Assembly (NCBI RefSeq): GCF_009834535.1
Contig: NC_045712.1
Span: forward strand, 1,674,001 to 1,738,000
DNA: 64,000 nt
Reading direction: 5' to 3'
DNA from: Camelus ferus
Lineage: Eukaryota
Below the pieces are notes generated by a model. The model was not told the origin of the DNA and searched no databases. It was given only the letters and a program-made list of their open reading frames with translations. Numbering within the stretch: the first letter of the stretch is position 1; the number at the start of each line of letters is the position of its first letter. Positions 1 through 12,349 of this stretch are shown here, piece by piece. The position numbers and the translations under genes are program-made.

Positions 1-428
1 CTCCTTCACCCAACATTCTACTGTTTTCATTTAGCTATCACTTCCTGGGTGATATACTCTTACTCTGGCATTAGGCTGGGTGCCTGTCTTTGGAATTCTG
101 TCCTTATACCCAGCATTAGCATCCTCTCTAGTAATCACCTACCTCTTTGCCTGCCTGCCCACCCCCTCCCCCACTGAACTACATTATTGTATCTCAGAGC
201 ACAACGCAGTCCCAGGCAAACAGTGGGCACTCAGTAAGTACTGGCTGAATCAATTAAGCAGCTATTTTCTCCCCATACAGCCTCCTTTGCCCTTCATCTC
301 CCTCCTCTCTTTCCTCTTTGCTACTGGCCTTACTTCTGAGTTTTCATCTGCTTCCAACATCATGTACGGCATCTAAGCCTCTGGGGGAGCCTGGCACTAA
401 CACAGGGCTTAAGGCTGCGAGGTCCTAC

Positions 429-521
429 CTTCTTTGGGTGCAGGAGAGGAGCAGTTCTCCCCAGTCTCCACCCTGCACACGTCAGAGTACAGGAACTCAC
501 TTGCCAAGCTCTCGCTGGCTT
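429..521 (-). CDS. ITPR1: ITPR1 exon M (93 nt, phase 1 to 1): (E)[30 protein letters not shown], variable luminal loop
   Basis: Acceptor ttctctctctcag|AA, donor GAAG|gtagga; two luminal Cys and sequon NCS. Confidence 0.96.
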
Positions 522-1817
522 CTGAGAGAGAGAAGGAAATCTCATGATGAACAATCTGGCAGCATACGGTTAAAATGTTTGAAGTCCCCAATTCACGGCT
601 GATTAAACAATTCTTTACATAAATAACACCCTACGATCCTGCATATAAATTCAAGGCGGAGATGCAATTTACACTTTCTTTTGGTGATCTGGATGGGAAA
701 AAAGCCAGGAATGTCAATTCCTGTAAGCTTACTAGAAATATCGCACTTAAATAGCACCTCTCCAACTTTAAAGATAAACAGCTGAAACTCTTCGGCAAAT
801 ACTACTCAACATACAGACTCCAGCAAGATTTATACCAAGTCTGCACGAGAAGCATCAGTGGAGACCTGAGGTCCAGATTGCTTTAGGTCAGAACCCTTGG
901 ATAGTTGGCAGTAAATGCCAGTTAGTGCCAACTTGGAGGCTGGAGTGATGTGCCAAAAATGCAGCATTTGGGAGGGAGAAAAAGGCTGCCTGGTTTAGTC
1001 GCAGTTGTAGTTTGTCCTTGGACTCTGGGCACCTGGCTACCCAGCAGAAACCCAGTAATATTTCACTTAATAGTGACAAGTGTCTTAGTTGCGGGAAAAG
1101 AACACTTGGGCATAACTCAAGTATATGATCATTTTATTTCATTCTCAGAATTGGACATCTCTCCTATTCTTGCTGTAAATAAAAATAAGCTCACTGCAAA
1201 ACTTGCACATCGTAAAAACGCCCGAGATAGCCGCTGCTGGCAAGTATATTCTTGAGGGTATAGTCTTCTGTATTTTAAAAGACATATATGAGCTATTCAA
1301 TTAAAAAAAAAAGCTACCCAGATCCTACTGTAGTTACTCTCCTGTGATTTCCCACCATCTTGTGGGTATTCTTCCAACAAGGTTTATAAACACATCCTGT
1401 ATCTGCAGGGCCCTCCACCCCATGGATGGACCATACTCTGATGAAACACTCCCTTACGTTTAGATTGCTTCCAATTTCACACTGCAGTGAACATTCTTCC
1501 ATATACATCTGTTTCTACAATTTTTTTAAAGGATAAAGTTCTAGAAGTAGATATACCAACCCAAAAGGATGCATGTTCCTATGCTTTCCATATACAAGGT
1601 CAAACTGTTTTATGAAAATGTTATGCTAGTTTAAAATATGACTTGAGTGAGTCAATTAAATGTAGGCTTTGAATGAAGTGAAAACTAAGCTCTGTATTCA
1701 GTTCACACTCTCGGGGTTGGGGAGATACCTACACTGCTGAAGTCATCATTTTCAGTTCCCTCGTCATCAGGAAATACTCTTTTCACATTAAAAAAGATCA
1801 GAAGGTTCCAAACCCAC

Positions 1818-2013
1818 CTGGAAGAGCAGTTTCATTGGGCAGCCTATCCACTTCCAGGATAAAGTCATCCTTGAAGAAAAGGTAGCCCACTATTGAGAAC
1901 AGGTAAACCAGGATCAAAGCCAGAACCGCCGTCAAGATGATGGACCGTCCATTGCGAGTGACGCTTTTAATGACGTTAAGCAGAGTCTCTTCTCTGTACA
2001 CTAAATCAAAAAG
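1818..2013 (-). CDS. ITPR1: ITPR1 exon L (196 nt, phase 0 to 1): [66 protein letters not shown]4-S5 linker, S5 and start of the luminal loop
   Basis: Acceptor ctttgtttaaag|CTT, donor CCAG|gtgggt; N-glycosylation sequon NET. Confidence 0.98.
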
Positions 2014-2026
2014 CTTTAAACAAAGA

Positions 2027-2170
2027 AAAAGAATGTGAACAAGAATATATGTATATGTGTGTGTATATATATTTGTACACATGAATAAACGAACCACCTT
2101 GCTGTACACCTGAAACTAACACAACATTGTAAATCAACAATACTTCAAAATTTAAAAAAAAAAAAAAAAA
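2027..2170 (+). mobile_element. 5'-truncated L1 3' end with poly(A)
   Basis: gaatatatgtat...gctgtacacctgaaactaacacaacattgtaaatcaac-atacttcaa followed by an A-tail; candidate TSD aaacaaaga (2018-2026) / aaaaaaaga (2164-2172). Confidence 0.85.
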
Positions 2171-2927
2171 GACAACAGGACAGTTTTGAGAAGCCTCTAT
2201 ATCAGATGGACACCAATATCCCCATAATGACAACGTGATTTATAAAGAATTTACCCTTTTGGTAAGTCAAAAGCACTATAATACTATCTTAACATGTCAC
2301 ATAACAGTGAAAACTGAGATGGTAAAACTGAGGGAAAACATAGAAAAGGCAGGAAACGAGCAATTTCAAGTAGCATTCATACAGTCTGGAGGTCCTGGAG
2401 ACAGAATACAGGCTGTACCAGTGAGTTGCAGAGAACCAAGGGAAGCAAAGAGATGAGGGTCCTGGCGTGCATTCATTTAGGGAGTATTGACTGAGCTTCT
2501 ATTAAGGGCCAGCCACTCTGGACACGGGACTGGATAGGTCCTGGTCCTTGACAGGGCCATGAGCTTGGCGTCTCATGGGCAAGGCCAACAAGCTACGGTC
2601 CAGGCCAGGAGCAGGGACTCTGGAGTTTGACAGAGGCTCAGATCTCAGCACAACTGCTTGCTGCCACCAGGACCGCAAGTTACTATTCCTGGCCCCACCC
2701 CCTCCCCCTCTGAGCCTCAGTTTCATCATAGGCAGACTGGCGGAGAGAAAGTTGCTACAAAGAATAAAACGACAATGTACCTACAGTGCTTAGCATGTAG
2801 TCATACTTATGTGCTGAGTAAGAACACAAGAAATGCTAATCATCATTAATTTCCAGATGAAGAGACTAGGCCAAGGTCACACAGACAGTACGTGGCAGGG
2901 AGAGTGGTGGTGGTAACATATTTACGA

Positions 2928-3259
2928 AGCCTAAATATTAAAAACACTAATGAACTGATCTACAAAACAGAAACAGACTCACAGACATAGTAAACAATCT
3001 TATGGTTACCGGGGGAAAGGAGGCGGGAAGGGATAAATGTGGGAGTTGGAGATTTGCAAGTGATAACCACTATACATAAAAATAGATAAAAAACAAATTT
3101 CTCCTGCACAGCACAGGGAACTACATTCAATATCTCGTAATAACCTTTAATGAAAAAGAATATGAAAACGAATGTATGTGTATTTATGGATGACTGGGAC
3201 ATGAGGCCGTACACTAGAAATTGACACGTTGTAACTGACAATACTTCAATTAAAAAAAA
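2928..3259 (+). mobile_element. L1 3' UTR fragment with A-tail (cetartiodactyl, camelid-like subfamily)
   Basis: acaaaacagaaacagactcacagac...cacagggaactacattcaatatc...gaaattgacacgttgtaactgacaatacttcaattaaaaaaaa. Confidence 0.85.
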
Positions 3260-6200
3260 TTATTTATTTCTCTCCCCATGGTGGGGACAGAGACCCCTGC
3301 AGTTCCCATGTTCACAATCTCAGCCTGCCCTCTGCCCAGGGGCCTGCTCTTGGCAGGAGTCGCTTCGTGAGAAATGGAGAACCCCTGTAGGTCCTCAGAG
3401 GTCCAGGAGACCAGTGGCTGGTTTTCCCAGAGCTACAATCTCAGATACCTGGCTGGAGGGATGGTGGAGGGGCCTGAGAGAAGAGCTCTACGGGGTTGTT
3501 CTGGATCTGGGGGGGCTAGATGTCTTCTGTGCAGACATCTGATCCTCTCCAGGAGGTTCTGCCTCTGCAGCGCGGCTCTGGGGAACGGCTGTGCACAGCC
3601 AAGTGAGGCAGGGGACAAGGGTCTGACTCCGGACCCTGCTGTTCATTTGTTGCCAGATGTTGATCGGGCCACGAAACCTCTCTGGACCTCAGTTTCCTCA
3701 ACTGTAAAATCAGTGAACTGACCGAGCTAGTCCCAAGTCCTTTCCAATTTAGAATTTTACATCTGAGTTCATTCTCTGGTCAATTAGCCCTTCTGCCTTC
3801 ATAACACCAGTCCATGTTCTGAGACCCGTGTGAACGGCATCAGGTAAAGGAGGACACTCAAAAGGAAGCAAGGAAGAAGCACTGAGTCGACAGAGGTCAG
3901 AAATGATCTCCTAGTATTTCACTGGAAAAGCCACAGTTTACTTCACCAGTATCTTTTGCTTCTTTAAATAGTGAAGATGTTTTCAATGATACGTCATTAA
4001 AAGTAATGCTGTCAGCACCACCTCTGTATGTGCCTCTATACATACCCGTCCAGTCATTTCTTTTTGGCAAATTTCCAGAAATGGAATTGTTTCGGTCAAC
4101 TGCTGTAACAGAAACATACCGTTCCCCTGCCTTCGAGAAAGGCGGTTCTAGTGCACCCTTACCACGGTTAGGAAATAATGCTAGTGCTGGGCATGATCGT
4201 GCTTCTGAACCTCTCCCAGTGTCACAGGTACATGGGTGCCACTGGTGTTTCAGTTTGTATGTCACTGCTTGACATTAGGGACAAACACTCCTCTATGTTT
4301 ACTGACCATCTGGATTTCTCCTTCTGTTTCCCGCCTGCCAACGAACTTCGCATGTTTTCTTCTCGGGATGTGACCAGTTTTCTAAGGACACAACTTGAAT
4401 TCAGGCCCAGGACTGGGTCTGGCCAGTCTTTGGGGCCCCAGCACTTCAGTCAGGCCACAGTCACCCCCTCTGCCTCTGTGGCTTGCTGGCGCTGAGCTAT
4501 CACACCCAGTGAGATGTGGTTTCTCCCTGCTACAGGCCTCTCTCCAGTTCCTTTCCGTCACCGGCTCTCCACGTTTGTGGGATTATGTGAATGGTTTCAG
4601 GATCTCGTCTGCGGTTCTCAACAGACACATTAAATACTGCTTGTGACACCAAAGGAACATATCGCTTGAGGTCACAGAAAGTCAAGGCCCACGTGGCTTA
4701 GAAAAGTCCCAGAAGCACATCTGAGAGGTGTCCAGCCGCAGTCTCGTCTGATTCTGGTAAGTTTTTCTGAAAATGCACTGAGCTGAGCTAACATCCCTGG
4801 CAGCTCTGAGTCTCTCTTATCTTCCTGTGATAGGTGAGAGGTGTGAAAGCATGAATGCCAACTGCGACGTTTCACCGAAGCAGGGACTTTTCCAGTCTCC
4901 AACAACAGGCAGCTTGGGGCTGTGCTCGTGCAGTCAGAGTGGGGCATCCACAGGGCTGTGTCCCTGTCCTGTCCTGGCCACTCACTCGTGATGTGACTTG
5001 GGGCAAGTGACCTGACTCACCAAGCCTCGGTCTCGAGGGTGGAAACGTGGACAGATCATCCCCCTCAGAGGCAGTGGTGGGAGGCCACGGAAAGGCACCC
5101 GGCAGACATTCACAGGGTGATGCTAACTGTGCTGGTCTAGTCTGTGAGGCCCGCGAGGGCGGGGACCACACGGCCTAGTCTCACCACGACACCCCGCGTC
5201 TAGCTGTGGCACCGGCTGGCACTGCCCATGACCAAGAGAGGAGGACTTGAATGAACAGAAGAGGGAACAAAGCTGATGGGATGGAGACTGTAGGAAAGCC
5301 CCTGTCTCCCAGGAGAGACCCCTCTGCAGGGATGAGACAGACCCTCTGCCTGAACTCGGCCTCCCTGCCCTCCCTGTATTGGGAGGGTTCCAGACTTGGG
5401 TCCCCTGACTCACAAACTGAAATCCATCCAGGGCGTTCGTGCACAAGACAAAAGGCTCAGAAATATACACCAAACTCTTAACGGTTTCTAACAGTGCCCA
5501 CAGCAGGGCCCAGAGTGGCAATCCCAAGTGTACGCGAGACCGCTCTGCCTGAAAGCTCGAGGAAGAGCCAGGTCTATTTTAAAATGAGGGACAAGCCTGC
5601 CAGCACCCAGCACTAATGGAACGAGCTAATCCCGATGGCCTGAACAGCAGCACTCTCCACGGTGCCGTGGACTGAGAGGGAGCGGGGCGACAAGGACGGT
5701 AACAAGAGCCAGCCACCGCTCAGCATTTGCCGGGAGACAGTTCTATTCTCAGACTCCGGCACGCACAGCTGCACATAATCCCTGTGATGGGCCTGCAGGG
5801 GGGCGGACTGCCCGCATTGTGCATACAGGGAAACTGAGGCACAGCAGTTCAGTCGACAGTACAGGGACCACGTGGACGGCACCTTCTGGAAGACCTTTCC
5901 TTCCTTTGCCTTTTCCAAGTTATGTCCCTCGTCTTAAGTCAGCACTGAGCCCTCGACCCCTTTTTTATCCTCACAAACATCCTAGCACTTCTTCTGGTCC
6001 CTTTATGGATGGCTCTGCTGCAGAAAGGTCAGTTTGACGCTTCTTGTCCTCTGATGTGGGCACACGGAAACGGTTTTCTGTCTATAACTCTCCAGGTCTA
6101 GGTTCCCTGTAACGACAGGAGAACCAGCAGATCGGGGCCTGTAATTTAAAAGCCTGCTCGGGAGGACGGTGACGGATTTACTGTACTATCAACACTGAAC

Positions 6201-6717
6201 CACTCAGCTCAGACTGGAAAACAACCTCCATGGGAAAGGTCTCCTAGATCAATAAATCTGAGGCTCATTGTCATGGATCTGGGGACTTTGAAAACAGCTC
6301 CTGCTCTTGTCACTACACGTTTCCCTGGGACAGGGATCCCATGAGAACTTTTAGGAGGTGACAGTTGCAAAAACACTCTCTTTGGTAAGTGGTAAGTCCA
6401 AGAAAAAAAGGAAAAACAAAGGTGCACGTGGAGGAGACATCTGACCCAGACTGCAGGCATCGGCTATTCCTGAGACGTCAGAGGTGTGACAAGGCGCCCG
6501 CACACAGTGTGATCGTCACCCCCTGGGCTCCTAAAAGCTGGCCTGCTCCCTGGCCAGCTTTCCCCTTCACATAGCCCACACGCTGCGTCCAGGGAGGGCT
6601 ATGATCTTGTTAGACCAGGCACACCAGTGACCGTGAAAAGGAGGGGTCTGTGATGAGAGGACACCGGATGCTCGCCGGGTTCTCCACCTGCAAGGTCTCT
6701 CAGCACCAGCAACTCAC

Positions 6718-6882
6718 CAGCAAACTGTAGAAGAACTCGTGGACGAAGAGCCCCAAGGCGCAGATCAGCAGATAGAGCAAGTGGTACAGGAACTCCACGT
6801 CCAGGACCATGGCCCGGTAGCCTCTGGTGAACGTTCCACAGTTGCCCACAAAGCTCATCAGAAAGATGATCTTGTTGCAGAC
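6718..6882 (-). CDS. ITPR1: ITPR1 exon K (165 nt, phase 0 to 0): [55 protein letters not shown], membrane segments
   Basis: Acceptor ccttgtcctcag|GTC, donor CTG|gtgagt. Confidence 0.98.
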
Positions 6883-9800
6883 CTGAGGACAAGGACAGCC
6901 ACCGTCAGACAAGCACGGACACTGCCAAACTTCAGACGCTCCGTGGGAGCTCAGGGCGATGGACACTCAGACGTCTCTCCATGCCCGAGCCCCAGTGAAA
7001 GCCTCCTGTTGCACCAAATGCCCACTGAACGTGCCGAGAACTGTTCCGCGGACCTAAGTCATTTCGTTCCTCTGCTTTTCAGGCACGTTACCAGTTAATG
7101 TGACAGCCAGAGAGCTTCGTGTGCAACAGTAATCAAGTGGCGTTTGTAGATGACTAAAACAAAATTAACACATGCTGAAATGATCATTTTCAAGATGAGA
7201 GATGAATCATTTCTAACATTCTTACACGAGTTAGTCAAACACAGAAGTCACCTCAATCCTTGAACCCTGTGCTCAGCACGATTAAGAGTATTTTCTGAAT
7301 TTCTTGCCTTCCCTTGCTCCAAATTTCCCAGGGAAAATGATAAGTTTCTTAGGGGTGGGGAATAAGGGACCTCAGGATGAGCTCTGCTCCCCTGCCCCTT
7401 CCTTCTGGGAATGACTTCTCACTTTCCTTGGGGGATCCATCCCTGCCCATGTGTTGGTCCTTGGGGGCTCCATCCTGGCCAATCAGAATGTTGTATTTCC
7501 CTGGCAACAATGTCTGGTTCAGGGATAGGCACCAAATGGCGCCAATGACACCCATTGAGATCTTTCCTGGGGCTGCAGCATAAGACAGTTTTGTTTTCTC
7601 CCCTGACCTTGAACCTGAGAGAAAGTGAGCTGTGAAGCTGCCAGCATCCATCCTGTGGTCACATGGAGCCCGAGGGTACCACTGGTGCAGAGCCAAAAGA
7701 GACACGGAGCCCCGATGCCACTCTCTGGACCCCCGGATTCAGCTATACCTGAAGCTGGGCCCTTCATTCTCAGTCATGTGAACCAACACATTTTGTTTAA
7801 ACTGGGTTAGGTTTTATAACCCTCTGCAACTGAAGGCTGATCTACTGTATAACATAGTCGCACCTTTGATAGAAACCCCATGCTGAGAAGTCTGTTTCTA
7901 GCAATGTGCTGATAGGAAAGAAAAAAAAAAAAAAACAAACCTGAATCAGGAGAGAGTGGGAGATGAGACTCTTCAGCTGCACTTGGTAACCCCAGCTCCC
8001 ACTACCCTGGCAAACCGGGCCACAGGTGCCAGGGAAACCTGCCAGCTAATCTGGTGGGTCAGGGTAAGCGAGCTTCTCGGCAATCAGATAAGTGAGGGAG
8101 CCAGCACCCACGGGGAAGGTTCGCCGTGTCAGACGGGCTCTACTTTCAATCCACCCGTTCTTTTCTTCCCCCTGACATTCTAGCCTTTGCCAGCGTTGGC
8201 CCTTTCAGAGGGTGAGAAAGCATCAGCGACTCTCAATGAACTGTGCTGCTGGGGTTTCAGAGCGAGGAAAAAAAAAAAAAGAAAAGGCCAAGCTCTCGGT
8301 GACATTCTAGGATCTCCAACGCGCCCAGGCAGCTGCGGTCTTCACAACATAGCAGTCCGCTTCATGTGACCGCACTCTCCCCTTTAACGTCTGCCCGACG
8401 TCTCTCCACTGCATCGCACGGTCTTAGTCTGCTGTGCCCACTTCCCGGGGACCTGGCTTGGCTGGCCTCAGGTCGGGCTTTCGGTCCTGGCTCTCCTCTG
8501 CCCTAGGCACCAAACCCCAGCCCTGAGCATCCTTCGTAGCACCCTCACCGAGCTTGGCCGCCGGGACCCCTCCGTGTGCGGCCTCACCAGCTCTTCCAAG
8601 GCTCCTCTTCTGTGGGTCCAGAGCTGCTCTTCCTCCCACATGCTTCATGTGGGCGCGGAACATTTTTTTATTCCCTCCAAATAATAACTTATTATTTATT
8701 GTTTCAGCTTTTATCCCCCTCATGTTATTATAAATGGCAATTAATTATCCAAATGGAGTCTTTCCCTAACCGATTTATGTTAAAGAATTGAGAACCGTGG
8801 AATGACCAAAGGCCGGAGAAAACAGAAGAATAAGACAGCCCTAGGAGATAGTCTCTGAAACGGTGGGCATTTTTTTGTTCCCTTTTGTTTCTTTGTTCCT
8901 TCCGTGTTTCTTTCTTAAACAGTTTCCTCTCACTGCAGGTGGTGCCTGCATTCCCTCCTTCAAAGTGGACGTGTCTCGGTCACTTGGGTCATGCGTTTCT
9001 AAACACACGGCCTAACATTAATAGCTCGACTTGTCACCGCCAGCCCTGTAAGTCAACAGCTGAGGTGTATTTTCACCCTGAAAACCAGGTCTTGCATGAC
9101 TGTGTCGTGGCTGGCTGCACCCCTCCCCACCCAGTCTCCTGCGCTGTTCTCCAGAGGCACACGTGCCTCCTTCACTGCCCAATCCAGACAGTAGTACCTT
9201 CCTTGCCCGGAGAAAGGGACTCAGACCAAGTCCTCCATTGCTTTCAGGTGTAAGGCTCGGCCCCCACACCTGTCACCTGTCACCACTTTTGAAGCTCTGG
9301 TATCTGTACCATCCTTCTACACTATGACCAAGAAGCAGGCTTGTCACATGTCATCAAAAGGTCTGCTAGGGGCCCTAACTGGTCCCCCGGGCCCCCATCC
9401 CTCCCACCTGAATCCGTGTAACACGCCATTACCAAGTGAATTTCCTCAAGAATATTTCTTCGTATACACCATTTCTTTGCTCAAAAATCTTGAGTCATTT
9501 CCCATTACTGGGAATAGAGTTTCTCAGCCTGTGTTCTATGCAACACTGATTCCAAGTGATACTTTACAAAAGCTCTAGGCAACTTAAGTTTGGGGAAATA
9601 TGAATACCTAGTTTTCCTTTCTTGGAGATTCATCAGCATGTTAATGTCTCAGGAATCCTGGGGTTAAAAAAATTCCTTTCGTTTTGTTTAACCCAGCATT
9701 TCCCACATTGATTTGACCCAGGAACTCCCTTTTCACTTAAGATTTATCAACTTGGAATGCTTTGGAGAAGCTGACCTGGAGGCTGAAACCCAGTGTGGAA

Positions 9801-10823
9801 TCCTAAAATTCAGGGGCCCCGGGACTTGTCGTGGACCTGGCCCTACAAGTCACTACACGAACCACACAGGAGGTGAAACGCAGCTGGTGACTGTCCCTTG
9901 CGCACGTCCTGGCGTGGCTCACTACTCTGGCCCATGGGGGCTTCCTGGCTCGATTTTTTCCATTCTTTAAGACAGAACCTCAACCCTGCCTCCTCCCCTT
10001 AAGCTTGTCATCTTGAAATGGTCTCCTCTCCCCTAACGCCCTTGTCATCTGAATACCCATCTGGGGACATTTATTATCGCACGAAATCACTATGGTCACC
10101 TTGCTTTGCAACATCACTTCCATTTTTGTACAGTGATCTTAGCTTCCTGATATGCTCAGGGCAGAATTTCTGGAAGGCAGTTTTAGACCCCCACAGCGCC
10201 TCCCGTGTCCACAGTTGTTCCCTCCTTTCACCAGGAAACCTCTCCAACTTACGGTCATCTATCAGCTGCCTCCACTTCTGTGGAGTCTGCAGATGCAGCT
10301 GGCACCCACCCTTGGACGGCAGTGCAATCGCGTGTTCACACGTCACTGCCGACTCGTGCAGGCCACTCTCCCCGCTTCTCCTCCCACCTCTCCACCTGCT
10401 CCCCCTCTGTGACCAGCTCCTCTTCCCTCTCCCCACTCTTCTCTGTGGTCCTCACCATAAGTGGGTGCCGTGTTAACACGTGCTCATTCCACTTACTGGC
10501 TAAAACATCCTGTCCTAGCACACTTTGAACCTGATGAGCAAAACTGACCCAAGTCTTAACTTCCTTCCTGTCCCTGCCTAATTATGAATATTCCCTGAAA
10601 ATGAGACTGTCGATACCTGGATAAAGCGTTAAGAGGGTCACGGTACGGTGAGGAGGTGAAGAGGGAGACGGCCAGCTGCGGCTTTCCTGCTCCTGCTACT
10701 TTAACAGTTGACCCAAATAGCATTTTCCTGCACTGAAAGCATAGGCCAGGATCGTTGGGAGAATGGAAGGCATTCCTATTTGCACGTCTACAGAAGAGTG
10801 GCTGAGGAGGCATGCACACTTAC

Positions 10824-10999
10824 GTTGAAAGCTCCCAGAAGAAACAACGTGGGCTGTAACCCGACCGAAAATATCAAGCGGAGAATTGTGGAAGCGATTA
10901 GGGCCCGGATGCCATGGGGCTTGGGGAGGGCGATGACGATGGCCAGAGATATCAGCATGGCTGTCCACAGCAGTCCCGACCAGTGTGGCTCCAGCGTTC
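10824..10999 (-). CDS. ITPR1: ITPR1 exon J (176 nt, phase 1 to 0): (G)[58 protein letters not shown], membrane segments
   Basis: Acceptor ttgtctttccag|GA, donor AAC|gtaagt. Read directly; the ORF track shows only other frames here. Confidence 0.96.
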
Positions 11000-12149
11000 C
11001 TGGAAAGACAAGGCGGGGCTCTCACAGAACAAGGCTTCGACCGAGGACAGGTACAGACCAACCTGTGTTAAATGATACCTTCTGTAACCACCTCTCTGGC
11101 CTGAGTGGTCCCAATCCTCACCTCCAGTTTTCTGCCCCAGACGTAACCAGTCACATCCATGTTTTCTTACCTCCAACATTTGCTCCTCCTACCCAGCAAA
11201 TTCTCCCTTTCCTGTTCATCTCAGGTCTTAGCTTAGAGTCATCTCTTCCTCCTCCCAAAACATGCCTGATGCTCCTTCCTTCTCTGATTCTTGGTACCCC
11301 GGTCATCCTTATCAGACACTGTTTTCTAGTGGTCAGTGCCTCCCTCCCCAAGCCTCACCCCCTCTAGACTCCAAGCTCCCCGAGGGAAGCACCTGCCCCC
11401 AGGAGGCAGCCATCAAATGAGTTTGTTCAATAAACAAAACTCATACATGGGTCACACTTCACTCTCAAGGAAGGCATACTGGAAGACCAAACTTCTCCTT
11501 TCTATTAAAAGGATACAGAGGAAAATTGCAGGTCCCCTGCCTGAATCAGATTTCTTCAAGGGAAGGAGGAAGGCGACTTCCATACCATTAGCATCATCCT
11601 ACAATTAGATTATCCTTGTAGTCAAAGAGCTTATACCAGTTTTTGTCATCTCTTGCTATTGCAAGTTCTATTTAGGGTGTCCCACGAGACGGCTTGGTTA
11701 TATAATATGAGCCAACATGGCTAAAAATAAGGTTCTGTAAAACACTCATTAAAAAAAAAACACCCCTATTTCAAATGCTGTCACATTTTGAGTTTCCTTC
11801 AGATGTAAACAAGCAGCACTCCACGATTAAGGCCACTTACATAAAGGAGTTTCACTTCTCCAGGACGGCTGGCATCGCAGCGTCGCCCAGGGAAGAGACA
11901 CCCTTGCCGGTTACAGCTCTTCCACGAGCCTGCGGGCTGCCCTGGTTCGCTTCGTCCACACCTGCCGAGACTCACTTTCTCTCTGAAAACTGACCCCCTA
12001 ACCCCAGCCACTCACCTCCTCCCCCTTTGATATCCTTCAGAGGGAACACTCGATTAAGAACGGGCCCAAAGAGGCACAAGCTTTTCTGAAATTCAGGAAG
12101 AAGTAGCTACAGAGGCAGAGGTGGCCCTTCCTGTGCATTTAACAGTTGT

Positions 12150-12330
12150 GCAGTACTGTGTCAAGGCCTTTACGTTGATTATCACTTACTTAATCCTCTG
12201 GCTACCCTAGGAGGTTGCTATTATCATCTGCTTTCTACTCCAGAGGAAACGGACTCTTGGGTTATGCATCTTGCCAAGGTGACCCAGCACATGGCTTTTA
12301 TATATGCCCCTGAAGCTGACAGTCCTTAAC
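12150..12330. mobile_element. MIR fragment
   Basis: cacttacttaatcctctggctaccctaggaggttgctattatc...gaggaaacggactc...ttgccaaggtgacccagc. Confidence 0.65.
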
Positions 12331-12349
12331 CATCATTTATTAAAAAATC

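Noticed and set aside
3897-4272. Overlapping ORFs on both strands in a repeat-poor stretch
   Set aside because: No convincing splice-site pair or known peptide; may be conserved non-coding DNA, but this cannot be shown from one sequence.
7529-7542. CTCF-like GCACCAAATGGCGC (also weak matches near 27960, 36326 and 60536)
   Set aside because: Two or more mismatches, including core positions; not supportable without ChIP data.
10708-11367. 219-aa + strand ORF
   Set aside because: Antisense shadow across ITPR1 exon J extending into low-complexity pyrimidine-rich intron; no recognisable domain.
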